From positions 98,921,759 to 98,960,293 of the forward strand of contig NC_068987.1 in NCBI RefSeq assembly GCF_001194135.2: a DNA stretch of 38,535 nucleotides. Direction: 5' to 3'. The position numbers and the translations under genes are program-made. This DNA comes from Octopus bimaculoides (lineage: Eukaryota). The notes beneath the pieces are model-generated. The model was not told the origin of the DNA and ran no database searches. It saw nothing but the letters and a program-made list of their open reading frames with translations. Numbering within the stretch: position 1 is the first letter of the stretch; each line of letters begins with the position of its first letter. Shown here one piece after another: positions 11,858-23,506 of the stretch.

Positions 11858-12011
11858 CAGAGGTTGGACAAAATAATGGAAACACCTAAAAATTTCAAAC
11901 AAATTTATTTTAATATGGGGTAGGACCGCCTTTGACAGTAATTACAGCTTGAATTCTACGAGGTATGGACTCGTACAAAGTTTGAATTGTTTCCAAAGGA
12001 ATTTTTGTCCA
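11858..12011 (-). mobile_element. Tc1-family DNA transposon 3' end: TIR plus transposase C-terminus
   Basis: TA|CAGAGGTTGGACAAAATAATGGAAACACC terminus. Minus strand 12011-11910 translates WTKIPLETIQTLYESIPRRIQAVITVKGGPTPY*, matching the Tc1 C-terminal W..IP...I..L..SMPRR..AVI..KGG.T.Y motif. Confidence 0.88.
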
Positions 12012-13100
12012 TTATATGCTTATTAATATTTTTGTAGATGCTTATTAATATTTTGCGGAATATTTCCATACAATGCAAGTAGCATGTGTTGACTAAATGA
12101 AGATAAACGCATGTGGTTTATGAACTATCCAAAACAAGATAGACATGGCGTCGTCTTGTATGTACTTATATACACTACACAAATATATCAATTGTTGGCC
12201 ACTATTGGCTCACTTATGTCAAAATTAATCGCACTGTCGGTTTTTCAAAATCATTTTTAGGGTATCGTAACCAATTCACGTAGTGATTATGTTTTTGCCC
12301 TGTGGTATTCATGTATCGGGGTTTTGCCTAGTATTTCTTGGCGGAAAGTTTCCTGCTTCATGTGAATATTATGAGATGCATTTCTTCTTTAATATCTTTC
12401 AGAAGACTGTTGAATAAAACAAGAATAGTTGAGGTAAAGTTGTGTCGCGACGTTGTTTTGTGATATGAGCTCGAATTTTGTCGAGGACGTATCGCTCTGA
12501 GCCCGAGTACTTTGATTTTTGACTTTGATACCGGAATAGTTTTGACAGCAGAGATGGAACGTTTTCCGCATTGTTTAAATAATATATCATTCTCAGTAGA
12601 GTATGAGAGGAAAAATTTGAGCCTTTTCGGGTTATGCTAAGATTCAATGTTAGCCATGCCTTTATTTAATTCCTTATTTATAATTCTGTGATCGCCGAAT
12701 GATTTCAGTTATCATAATGTTTTGTTGTTTGTACGGACAATATATGGGTAATGATACAGAAAACGCATAATATATGTATATAAATCACACAATATATGTA
12801 TATAAATCTTTCTCTCCTTCTGTGCGTGTACATAATGTGTCATTTGGCGTCTATTTTCAGCGCGTGGAGAAGCATATTGCCAATCCCATGTTAAAATTAT
12901 GTACATAATTCTTAATATAATATCTGGAAAATTTACCTATAAGGTTTTTATTTTCGTGCTGACCTCATAATAGAAATCATGAATGATTTTACCCTATATC
13001 ATATTAACATGTAAGAAAAAGAGATGACACAAGAAAAACAACGGTTATGTTATGAAGGCCATTAGCTTATAGCTGTTTCTGCTATAAGATACAATCGACT

Positions 13101-13301
13101 CTTAGTTTAGTGCCTCAATAACATACTATAGCTTTATTGGAGCGTCGAATATGAAGTACAATTTATTTGGAAAAAGAATAATTACATTTGTGCAATATAC
13201 AGGGAAGGCATCGCCAGTGAGAATATGATTGCCAAATAAACTGTGCTTCATATTGGAGGCTTCGATGAAAGTCTAAGATGTTATTTAGGCACTCAACTAA
13301 G
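13101..13301. repeat. Long imperfect inverted repeat (about 73-bp arms, 55-bp spacer), MITE-like
   Basis: Arm 13101-13173 aligns with the reverse complement of 13229-13301 (cttagtt.agtgcct.aataacat...aatatgaag.aca.tttatttgg), about 80% by eye. Confidence 0.75.
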
Positions 13302-13558
13302 AAGCCACTAATGACGATAACATAAACGTTGTTTTGTTATGTCAACTCTTTTACTATTCCTGTTCTCTCTCAAAACTTTGTTCTGAAACTTATACAGCGT
13401 TTCATATAACATCATTAGTCTCGTAAAGCTTAAGCGAAATATATATTCACTAGGATTCTATCTGCCACACACACAGCCCCTCGTTCTTCGATCACCGTTT
13501 GTTATCTCCCCCTTTTCTTAGCTCTCCTGAAAAAAGAATTTCTAACTTCCGGTCAGCC

Positions 13559-13758
13559 ATTATTATGATTGACCGTTGACTGAACACTATTCAATTTTTT
13601 TTCTCCGTGTTTTTCTCCTTGTCTTCGTATTCTTTCTGTTGAAGAGCGTAGCTCGAAACGTCAAAGACTTTCCGTATTCCCGAGCGTCATACTAATACAT
13701 CCTTTTGTTATTTACACCACCTGTCCTCGTCTGTTGTTGTTTTTTCGTACATTCTCCC
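13559..13758 (+). mobile_element. Penelope-like element terminal repeat with hammerhead-like motif
   Basis: Contains CTGTTGA-A-GAGC GTA GCTC-GAAACGTC. Reverse-complement copy at 16843-17041. CTGANGA...GAAAC motifs are typical of PLE pseudo-LTRs. Confidence 0.7.
13631..13667 (+). ncRNA. Putative minimal type I hammerhead ribozyme (non-canonical CUGUUGA core)
   Basis: Stem I UCUUU/AAAGA, core CUGUUGA, stem II GAGC/GCUC, GAA, palindromic ACGU and GUC triplet (predicted cut after 13662). Confidence 0.45.
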
Positions 13759-13784
13759 CTATATATTCTTTTATATTTTTACTT

Positions 13785-13867
13785 ATTTCAGTCATTTGAA
13801 TAGGGGCTATGCTGGAGCACTGCCTTCAGTCGAAGAAATCGACCCAGGACTTATTCTTTGTACCTAT
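13785..13867 (-). mobile_element. SINE family B/C 3' tail, running into an N gap
   Basis: tttcagtcatttgaataggggctatgctggagcactgcc...gaccccaggacttattctttg family signature. Confidence 0.8.
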
Positions 13868-14592
13868 NNNNNNNNNNNNNNNNNNNNNNNNNNNNNNNNN
13901 NNNNNNNNNNNNNNNNNNNNNNNNNNNNNNNNNNNNNNNNNNNNNNNNNNNNNNNNNNNNNNNNNNNNNNNNNNNNNNNNNNNNNNNNNNNNNNNNNNNN
14001 NNNNNNNNNNNNNNNNNNNNNNNNNNNNNNNNNNNNNNNNNNNNNNNNNNNNNNNNNNNNNNNNNNNNNNNNNNNNNNNNNNNNNNNNNNNNNNNNNNNN
14101 NNNNNNNNNNNNNNNNNNNNNNNNNNNNNNNNNNNNNNNNNNNNNNNNNNNNNNNNNNNTATATATACTATTTATTTAATTAAATGTTTATATTTCAATT
14201 ACGCAATAACTGCATTCACAAGCTTCTATTCCATTTAAGGCTGTTGTTTTTTTTTAAAATACAATCTGACCTAATTAAAGACCTACTATTCTCGCTAGGA
14301 ATTTCAAACGCAGGGTCAGCAGTGGGTCAAAATCATAGCAAGCTTTAAAGCCATATCAGTTTACCAAATCTTCCTCTGACATATTTTGCACTCAAAAACT
14401 GTAGTCAACTACCGAATATAGATCAATAGCCAAAACTATATACAACTAGTTTTCTTCAATGCACATCATTAGATGGACCATGAATGAATGTGCATAGATT
14501 AATAGCTTCTTGAAAGTAACTGTATAAAAATGCAATCGCTAGATGTCTATTTAACAGAAACGTACGTCGGGAAAATTTAGATCAAAGATGGC

Positions 14593-14744
14593 TATTCAAT
14601 ATTACTACTATTTTAACCCTAGGCAGATCTTTCGCTAGCTGGTTGTAGGTGCGGTCTGTGCCCCGTATATATTGCAAGCAATATATATGAGATACCAGCC
14701 GGCGGAAGATCTGCTTGGGGTTAAAACAGTAGTAACATTGAATA
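14593..14744. mobile_element. 152-bp palindromic MITE-like element (51-bp arms)
   Basis: 14593-14643 matches the reverse complement of 14694-14744 at 44/51. TA at both ends is a possible TA TSD. Nested hairpin tatatattgc-aa-gcaatatata in the loop. Confidence 0.8.
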
Positions 14745-15039
14745 AACATATTAATATATGTGTGTGTGTATCTTTGTGTGTATGTGTGTGTGTGCTTATC
14801 TGTTTCTGTGTTTCGGTGTGTATGCCTGCGTGTATTAGGTGCGTGTATATTTATAATAAAAGCAGTTAAACGTATAACAAATACAATACGAACATTCCTA
14901 ATTTATTAAAATTATCAGCCCTTTCATAGAAAAATTGACGCATTATGTATCGCCATACCAATCAGCTCCAGGTGAGAATGGCATATAATCTGAAGAAGCA
15001 AGGGTTTTCCGAAACTGACATGCATGCCACTAATGGAAA

Positions 15040-15230
15040 ACGGTCAACTTACTTGGAGAGAGTGGGACAGGTGTGGATAAAAAAGATACAAAGGCTCATA
15101 ACAATTAAATTTAAAATGCAGTTAAATATGTTACTAAAGTCTTGAATTGCTTGCAATTGATAGGGAAGCGTGGAGAGGAGCCACGATTTGGAGCAGTGTT
15201 TGAAATCTTGAACCAGTAAAATTTAAGTAC
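15040..15230 (+). mobile_element. Possible decayed RTE-like LINE 3' end
   Basis: LLAIDREAWRGATIWSSV* resembles the RTE C-terminal A.DR..WR motif; very weak otherwise. Confidence 0.25.
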
Positions 15231-15933
15231 GTTTTAATGAAAAGAAAATTTCATAAAAATCTGAGTAATATCAATAGCGTTGCGAGAGGTTCTTATTTCT
15301 TCTTGAAATACATTTTATGGACTAAAAATATGCGTATCTCACCATGGTGTGAAGTTGCGCCAGCATGCACGTGTATTTAAGGCTTACACGGAATATACAT
15401 TCCTATCAGAATTTCAATTTCGATGAACAGTTTCAATGCAATTTCTGTACAAAAAAAAAAAAATAATAAATGCTGCAAATCGTGTGGAATTTGAGACCGA
15501 TACTTGGACATTCATAAAGACAAAGCAGAAAAGGGAGCCAATATTGAACTGAGACATTAGTGCAGTTTAATTCATTAGCTCTTCAAAAATATTTCAGGGA
15601 GCAAAAGGCATTTAAAATCACAGTTTAGGAAAGAGCAATTATACGTACAAGAAGGGGTCAAGTTCTGGAAGGAGCAGAGAGCCACCACACACACACGCAC
15701 ACACATGCGCGCACACACATACACACACACGCACACACACGTATATACATATATATAATATCTATCGNNNNNNNNNNNNNNNNNNNNNNNNNNNNNNNNN
15801 NNNNNNNNNNNNNNNNNNNNNNNNNNNNNNNNNNNNNNNNNNNNNNNNNNNNNNNNNNNNNNNNNNNNNNNNNNNNNNNNNNNNNNNNNNNNNNNNNNNN
15901 NNNNNNNNNNNNNNNNNNNNNNNNNNNNNNNNN

Positions 15934-15966
<33 letters not shown>

Positions 15967-16842
15967 TATATATATATATATATATGAAAATATTTGTAAA
16001 TGTACCACACGAGTAAGTAGATATTAAAGAGAAATAAAAATGAAAATGCCACTTTTAAAGAATATGTTTTAGGGTGTTTTAATTAATTTACTTCACATGT
16101 TTTTTTTTGAAAAACCTCATCATAAATGAGTAAAATATGTAAGAGAAGAGGGCTATTAATAAAATAAAATTGGAATTAAAATTAAGAATGATAATCATAG
16201 TTTATTTTTATTTCTTGCATGCGCACGTGGTCCTTTCGTTCCCTTTTGAAAGCATGATAATTCCAACTCACTGTGATAGTACATTACTACTATCTGTTTT
16301 TGTATATTAAATAGTGGTCAAGAATTTTTTGTAGGAGTGGTTGTAGCCGTACCACGCCTATATCTCCGTGGCTACATATAAATGTTTATAAATACGGGAA
16401 AATGACTATACACACGTTAGCATGTGTGTACCAACAAACAATTAAAAGGAAACACACTTATACATATCTATAGTTTTCTAGGTACGCACATTTTCATTTT
16501 AAAATGTTGTTCTTTAAACATCTGTTATCAATTATTTACATATCAGAGAGGTTGATACCTCTGAATCGCTCTTTCTAAACACACATACATAACGCGCTCA
16601 CACACACACACACACACACGCACACACACTTCTTCTACACGTCATTATCCTAACGTTCATAGTGTACGTAGATATCGTCATTGCTGCCTTTTATGCAGTT
16701 TAGCGTCCCTCTTCATTGAGTAGTGAAGTCACAAAACTCTATACGAAAATTACAATAATGAACGCAAATATAAAGTCGGAAATTTCATCTGTGCACAGGA
16801 AAATATGCGTAAATGGATGCGTGTATATATATATATATATAT

Positions 16843-17041
16843 GGGAGAATATACAAATAATAACAACAGACGAGGACAGGTGGTGTAAATAACAAAAGTA
16901 TATATTAGTATGACGCTCGGGAATACGGAAAGTCTTTGACGTTTCGAGCTACGATCTTCAACAGAAAGAATACGGAGACAAGGAGAAAAACACGGAGAAA
17001 AAAAATTGAATAGTGTTCAGTCAACGGTCAATCATAATAAT
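16843..17041 (-). mobile_element. Penelope-like terminal repeat, second copy
   Basis: About 95% identical by eye to the reverse complement of 13559-13758. Hammerhead-like motif at 16933-16969 has one stem II mismatch (GAUC/GCUC). Confidence 0.75.
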
Positions 17042-17052
17042 AACATATATAC

Positions 17053-17083
<31 letters not shown>

Positions 17084-17445
17084 CGTGCGTGTGTGTGCGT
17101 GCGCGTGCATATGAGTCTGTATTGCATTTATATGTGCGTGGTGCGAGTGTATGTATGTATACATATATGCATATATGTATATACATGTGTGTGTGTGTGT
17201 TTGTGTATATGTATATGTATATTGTATACACATGCTCAATGTTATGATATGTAGTCTGTGCATGAAAAATTGCCAGTTAGATTAGAACTCACTATCGTAT
17301 ATTGACCAGAATTCTTAAACTCGTATGTGAACACATGTTTATGTTTTGGTGTTATTTACTGCCGTATATGCCACAACGCATGGCGATAAATGAATTGGAA
17401 TAAAACAGAAAATAGCATAAATGATACCTTAGTATTTCATTCCAG

Positions 17446-17490
17446 CAGCTGTTTCAATATTTCTTATATCACAGTGCTTTTAAGAATAAT
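17446..17490 (+). CDS. Speculative 45-nt exon (QLFQYFLYHSAFKNN)
   Basis: Acceptor atttcattccag| and donor aat|gtaagt with an open frame; no recognised homology. Confidence 0.12.
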
Positions 17491-18217
17491 GTAAGTATAA
17501 CATCATCGGAAAATTATTTCTGAGGAAATATCATGAACGCATCATAATTCTGCTTTGATAGAGGATGAAAATCATAAAAAAATTAAGGGAAAATATATAA
17601 AGAATAAGAACACATAAAATTTTAGCAGGTGACTAAAATATAATTGACAATAAACAATCTTGCCCAGCATGTATTGGGTTACATAGCTCTATAACTGTCA
17701 GTTCAAAGAGATAAGATACTACAGTATAATAAAGAGTAATAAAATCATAAATTTAGGTGGTAGTAATCATGCTGAGAGAAGAATGATACATACTCGCGTG
17801 CACAAACACATACACGCATTCACATACAAAAGAATACAAGAATATTAAGTAAGAGAAATACATACATACATACATACATACATATACGCACAGATAGACA
17901 CTTATATCAGCTTAAGTTCTTACAATTATAAACATACAAACACAGTTACGTATAAATATATAACTTTCAATGAACAAAAGTAACTATGAACATATCAAAA
18001 ACATGAATTTGTAAATAAATATGAATCACTAGATAAAATGATATTAACATAAACCAAACAAAAAACAAAAAAAAGAATCATAATTAAATCAAATCAAAGT
18101 CAGCAAGCAAGAAACGATCAGAATCTTTCTATGTGTGTGTTCTGTGTATGTGTGTATGTNNNNNNNNNNNNNNNNNNNNNNNNNNNNNNNNNNNNNNNNN
18201 NNNNNNNNNNNNNNNNN

Positions 18218-18248
<31 letters not shown>

Positions 18249-18309
18249 CTGTTTCGTAATCAACATAAATGAGAGTATGTATGCTCTCAATGTATCTTAT
18301 CTTTCATGA

Positions 18310-18455
18310 TTTACTTGAGTCAGTCATTAAACTGCCGCCATACTGGGGAGCCACTTTGAACTTTGAGTAGAAAGAATCGACCGCAGTATGTCTTTAAAAC
18401 AAAAAAAAAACCTGGTACTTATTCTATCGGCCTGTTTGGCCGAACCACTAAATTA
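18310..18455 (-). mobile_element. SINE family B/C 3' tail (degenerate)
   Basis: cagtcattaaactgccgccatactgggg...ctggtacttattctatcggcc...gccgaaccactaa. Confidence 0.7.
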
Positions 18456-18684
18456 TTAAGGTAGTTTTCTTTTTCATTAATTTTTACTACTACCTGTTTT
18501 CTCACATTACTTCTATTCAATGAAACATTTAAAATTCAGTTTAGTGAAATTTAATTTTTAAATGTGCTTCAAATTAACTAATCTCTCACATACATGTGGC
18601 TGTGTTGTAAGAAACTTGCTTCCCAACCATATATGCCTATCGGTATAGTTACCATCATGATTGACATTATTTGATTCGAAACTT

Positions 18685-18872
18685 ACTTTTATTCGTTTCA
18701 GTCATTTGACTGCGGCCATATTGGAGCACCATCTGAAGGGTTTTTATTCGCACAAACCGATCATCGAACATTCTCTTTGTTAGTTTAGGTTGTTTTTTGC
18801 TGAATCGCTAAGTTACGAGGACGGAAACTTACCAACATCGGTTGTCAAGCGATGGTGATGGGGGGACAAACA
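18685..18872 (-). mobile_element. SINE family B/C 3' portion
   Basis: tttcagtcatttgactgcggccatattggagcacc...catcggttgtcaagcgatgg...ggggacaaac. A short plus-strand head fragment also lies at about 18590-18635. Confidence 0.8.
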
Positions 18873-18879
18873 TAATTTT

Positions 18880-19500
18880 CTGTACCAGTTGCCTTCTTTG
18901 GTTTGGATTTCCGTTCGTTTATTTCATCCACTTTGCACTGCTTTACGGCAACTTCCCGTAATGATATCTTTTCATCCACAACTTTTTTGGCCGCTCTTTC
19001 CGTGACATCGGGAGTGGTATCCCCACCTTGTAGTCTTCCTTTTGTAATTTCCAGGCATGGCGTGTTAAACTGAAATAAAAAGGGCAAGTTGCTACATGCC
19101 TGGGGTAAGTTGATACAATGTAACAATTAGCCCCAACCATGGATTTCTGGGGATTACCTCGTACACAGCACTAGCAATGCATGGCATCCAGGACACACCT
19201 TCATTTATCGAAGGCAACTTTCAACACTTCCTAATGAAACACAAACTACTTCAGTAACTTGTGCTTTAGTAGTTAAGGAAATAAATTTGTGGCAAAATTT
19301 CACTTATGGAGTAAAAAATCGTTTTTTGAACCATACGTTTCCTGGTGACAGCCCACCAGTGCAATGCACATGTGCAGTCATGATGCTATGGAGTTGGCCT
19401 TCACGATGTAGAGACCCCGAGTGCCACCTATTTCTTGAAGTTGAAAACAATGGGCTTGTAACAACCTACCTGCGTAACAACTAGACCCGGTATCCCCTAC
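18880..19500 (-). mobile_element. pogo/Tigger-like DNA transposon 5' end with frameshifted HTH-psq N-terminus
   Basis: Terminus gtaggggataccgggtctagttgttac at about 19500 and repeated ggggtaagttg-like motifs at 19081-19137. ATG at 19058: MPGNYKRKTTRWG, frameshift, then DTTPDVTERAAKKVVDEKISLREVA, like pogo-family M.R.YKRKT.R...D.MERA...V......SLR. Confidence 0.7.
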
Positions 19501-20775
19501 TGTGGATTAAATATCATGTAAGTATTCATTATTAATTCAAAGGGTTCTCACGAGGACAATATATTATGCATAACACTTCCAAAATCTGCCTTTATGAGTA
19601 TTTTAGTCTTTTCATATCTAGCAGAGCTCTTATAGTCTGAGCATTTGTTGGCCACGCATTACCTATAGAGTGAATGGAAGAGCGGAGTTTTATTACCTGC
19701 TATTCTAACCATTGCTAGTGTCAATAATGGGAAGTCCCTTATTCAGCTGAACATTTTGGAATTTTCTTCTAATGTCTTACATTGATCATTAACAGCTTTC
19801 ACTACTTAATTGCTTCAGTAAAAAGTTAAGTATAATTAAAACACTGACATATGTTTCTGTTACTTGTCCTTCTTTGGAAAGAGAAGAATGCAGATCTCTA
19901 TATCTTTCTCAGTGACACAAATATCAATGGAAATAAAACCATACATAGTTTACAATTCACCCTCTGCTCAAAACAATCTGAGATATTTAAGTTTAACTGA
20001 ACGCCAAGTATCTAAAGTAGTAATCACTTATCAAACAGGTTCGGTTATATGATTTATCGTCTTCCAACTCACCATTAAATTCCTGCAAAGTGAGCCTTGC
20101 TGACACCTAAAGAATTGTCAAAACTATTTAGATACATTGCAGCTTCCGTTAATACTGAAAGAATTGATAACATCCATTTATAGATGAATAGAAGCTATTA
20201 TCAATGTAGAGAGCAGATGAACAACTATAAGCCTGCATCCTTTATGTATGACGTTAGAGAAGGCCTGGAGAGATTCACATTCAGATGGATAATAAGCTTT
20301 TGCTTATGGAAAAAAAGAAGCCTTTCTCGCAGCCTGGAGTAAATTGCATGATATAAATCTTGCAACAATATAACCAAATCCTAAATATCGTATATGGATC
20401 AATACTTGCCTGTGTATCACCTGGCTTTGCAAACAATACTAAGGATATTGAGTATACCTTGATTTAGCAAAAGTTATTCACTAAGACGATAGTAGCCTTT
20501 TAAGTCGGAAATGGAAGAAATCATTCAGCATAAAAGAAAAGGTGAGTATTGCAGGTCTAATTTTCTTTAAACAGAAAAGATATATTGCCGACCAAATGTC
20601 ATCCGAGTCCCTAAGTCTGCAGTAATAAATGGAATGCTCCAAGGCATGTTTCTTTTATTTTTTATAACTTACAGTGGTCTATATGTTTTGCATAAATTCA
20701 GACAAATGAAAATATATCAGCAAGAAAGCAATGGGACAAAGTATCATAATATTCTATTCGTAGGAATACGTCAAA

Positions 20776-20980
20776 CTGGCAGAATCGTCAGCATGCCGGA
20801 CGAAATACTTAGCAGCAGTTCATCCATCCTCACGTTCTGAGTTCAAGTTCCACGGAGGCCGATTTTGCCGTTCATCCTTTCGGTGTCGATAAAATAAGTA
20901 TCAGTTTAGTACCGGAGTCGATGTAATTGACTTACTTCCTGCACCGAAATTGCTGGCTTTGTACCAAATTTTTGAATCAA
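20776..20980 (+). mobile_element. tRNA-derived SINE family A
   Basis: ctggcagaatcgtcagcatgccggacgaaat...gagttcaagttcc...gtcgataaaataagta...gtcgatgtaattgactt. Confidence 0.85.
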
Positions 20981-21327
20981 TAGTTTATGCGCTATGTTAA
21001 TATGTCAAATATCACAACGACATGTAAGAAACATTTACCGATAAAGGTTCAATTATTCGATGCATTTTCATGTCCTCGGTATTGAATTATCAGTCGACAT
21101 TCGTTTTCTCTTAATTGCACAAAACAGGTTAGCTATATGGATTGCAATGGCAATTATCGTGAGAGTATATATTCCCATTTTTTACTGGTTTTCATAGAGA
21201 TAAATAATCGTACATGCTTCAACATAGAACAGCTGTGTTATGGTTTTATATAACCACACATATTTTAGATGTTAATAGACGTGTGTTGCAAAACGCCAAG
21301 TAATTTCGACTTCTAATTCAAACTTAC

Positions 21328-21356
21328 AACATTTTCGGACACTATGACATCCACTC
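21328..21356 (-). CDS. Speculative 29-nt exon (GVDVIVSENV or SGCHSVRKC)
   Basis: Near-consensus acceptor atttaattttcag|G and donor gtt|gtaagtt; no homology support. Confidence 0.15.
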
Positions 21357-21386
21357 CTGAAAATTAAATATATTTACATAGAAACA

Positions 21387-22050
21387 TTTTTTTAGTTTCA
21401 GCTCAGAGCTGAGGCAATGCTGGGGCATCGCCATTTTGCTACACTTTCTATTGAGAGCCTCCTCTAATATGTGGCATTTGGTGAATAAGAGAGATTGACG
21501 CCACAACCCTCATTTGCACCTCTTGTCGCGAGGTAGGTTCATCTGGGACTCTCGACAGGAAGAGACCAGTTTTAATTTGAAGACACCTACATCCACTTTG
21601 TGTTGCTCCCTCATTTCCTTTGGGAGAATATTAAAAAGCTGTGGGCCCCTGAAACCTAGGTTGTTGCAGTAACTTGTCCTGAAGCGCGATGGCATTGCTG
21701 GGAACTTTGGCACTGTGAAATGTTGACCCGTTCTGGCATTGGTGTAGCTTTAAATGCCAAAATTTTGCACAATTCCTCCCAGATCTTCCAGATGTACATT
21801 ACTGCATACTTCTCCCACCTTCGCTCCACGGAGTAGAATCTTAGCTGTTTCAGCCTTTCCTAGTAGCTGAGCTGTTGCAATAAGACGATATTCTTTGTAA
21901 ATCTCGCTAGATTGCTTTATGGTCCGTCGTTAATTTTACACTGTTGGGTGACCATAGCTGGGAGCAGTAATCCAGGCAGCTGAGGATGAATGTCCTCCAG
22001 AGGACCTCTATGGTTGCCTTCTCTCTGGTTCTGAAGGTTCTCAGAACATT
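21387..22050 (-). mobile_element. CR1/L2-clade LINE, 5'-truncated 3' end (post-RT ORF2 C-terminus, 3' UTR, A-rich tail)
   Basis: Translates with stops and frameshifts to VLRTFRTRE..LSCLDYCSQLWSP, LKQLRFYSVERRWEKYAVMYIWKI and FRGPQLFNILPKE, which are hallmark CR1/L2 ORF2 motifs. Ends ctgaaactaaaaaaa. Confidence 0.85.
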
Positions 22051-22499
22051 AATCTGCATATCATCTATTTATATTGCATATTATATATTTATTAGTATCT
22101 AAGAAAATATTGTAAGATCTTCACTCACTTTTCAAATGTCTTCGGTGCATATTTGCTTGCAAGACAAATGCCTTAGGACAAATAGTTATAGCAAATCTGC
22201 GTTCGAATTTTATTTTATCAAGAATATCATTTCTTTTTTACTGTGCATTGACGTTTCCAGTTTCGTCTGCCATAAACTCACTCTTTGAAGGGCCAAGTAG
22301 GAACCACAAACTGGCACATGGTTAATTTTACTACTAGCAATATAATTAAACATATGCTCAATTCAAAAAGGTAACATCACTTTAGGTTTATTACGGAGTG
22401 CATTCTTCTATGATGTTCAATTATCCAGTATTAAAACTTTAAGGAAAACGATAAGCGTTGCTGGGACGAGTTAAAACATTAGGACTTCAAGAACAGCTA

Positions 22500-22610
22500 T
22501 AAGAAAGGGGGTCTGCTGGTCTTCCACAGGCAAACTTGCCCGAACTTGTTCCTCGGAGAAGAATTTTCTAGGTGCAATCTCATGGTCAAACATGACCGAA
22601 GAGATTCTTT
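22500..22610 (+). mobile_element. SINE family D 3' fragment
   Basis: cttgttcctcggagaag...ctaggtgcaatctcatggtcaaacatgaccgaag matches 11400-11460. Confidence 0.7.
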
Positions 22611-22636
22611 AGCTTACACACACACACACAGCCACA

Positions 22637-22677
<41 letters not shown>

Positions 22678-23462
22678 ACACCCACACACCCACCCATATA
22701 TACATAAGATATATATTTGCCTATATAAATAAGTAAATATGTATACATACATGTGTATTTTCATGTATACATATACATCTATATACGTGTATATGTCAAT
22801 ATTTATATGTTTTATATATATATATATATATAACCATATGCATATGTATATATGCATATGTGTGTACATACAACCATGCATACATAAAAACTTACATGCA
22901 TTCATGAATACATATATACACGAAGCTATATATACATAGAAAAAATAGGAAGAAGTTCATTCAAAATACATAGATATACACTGATATAAAAATATATTCG
23001 TAATAACAAACAAGCAAAAAAAAAAACAGACAGAAACCAAAAATCAATCAAATACAAAGCAAGAAATAAGAAAAAAAAAAGCAAAACGGCATGAACGTCA
23101 CTATATGAATTTTCTCAACGAAAGAAAATTCTAATTCCTATGTATGAAATCAATAATATCATAATATAACTTTGTGATATATCATCGCCGGTCTTTGCGA
23201 TAAACCGCATCAAAAGATCATTTTTCTTCCTTAGTAATGGCCTCATTTATCCTTCAATCTATATTATCATTTTACTTGAAGCCAGAAGGTGGTTTTATAT
23301 CTTTTCCAATCCGATCAATATTGATTAGGTATAAATATTCGGAGTGAGTGAACTCTTCTAAACATTCCTATGCCTAGCAACCTCTTTTAAAACTCCTAAA
23401 TCCAAACGTTTATTCGTGTATAATTGTGCGAATACTTATAGATAAAGGTGTATATATAGATT

Positions 23463-23506
<44 letters not shown>

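Noticed and set aside
12200-12650. Three open minus-strand frames; KQRRDTTLPQLF and VNWLRYPKND faintly resemble RTE RT motifs
   Set aside because: The catalytic residues are absent and the spacing is uncertain, so it is too weak to call.
22130-22197. FAITICPKAFVLQANMHRRHLK, resembling a C2H2 zinc finger
   Set aside because: The first Cys is missing, the His spacing is wrong and there are no neighbouring fingers.
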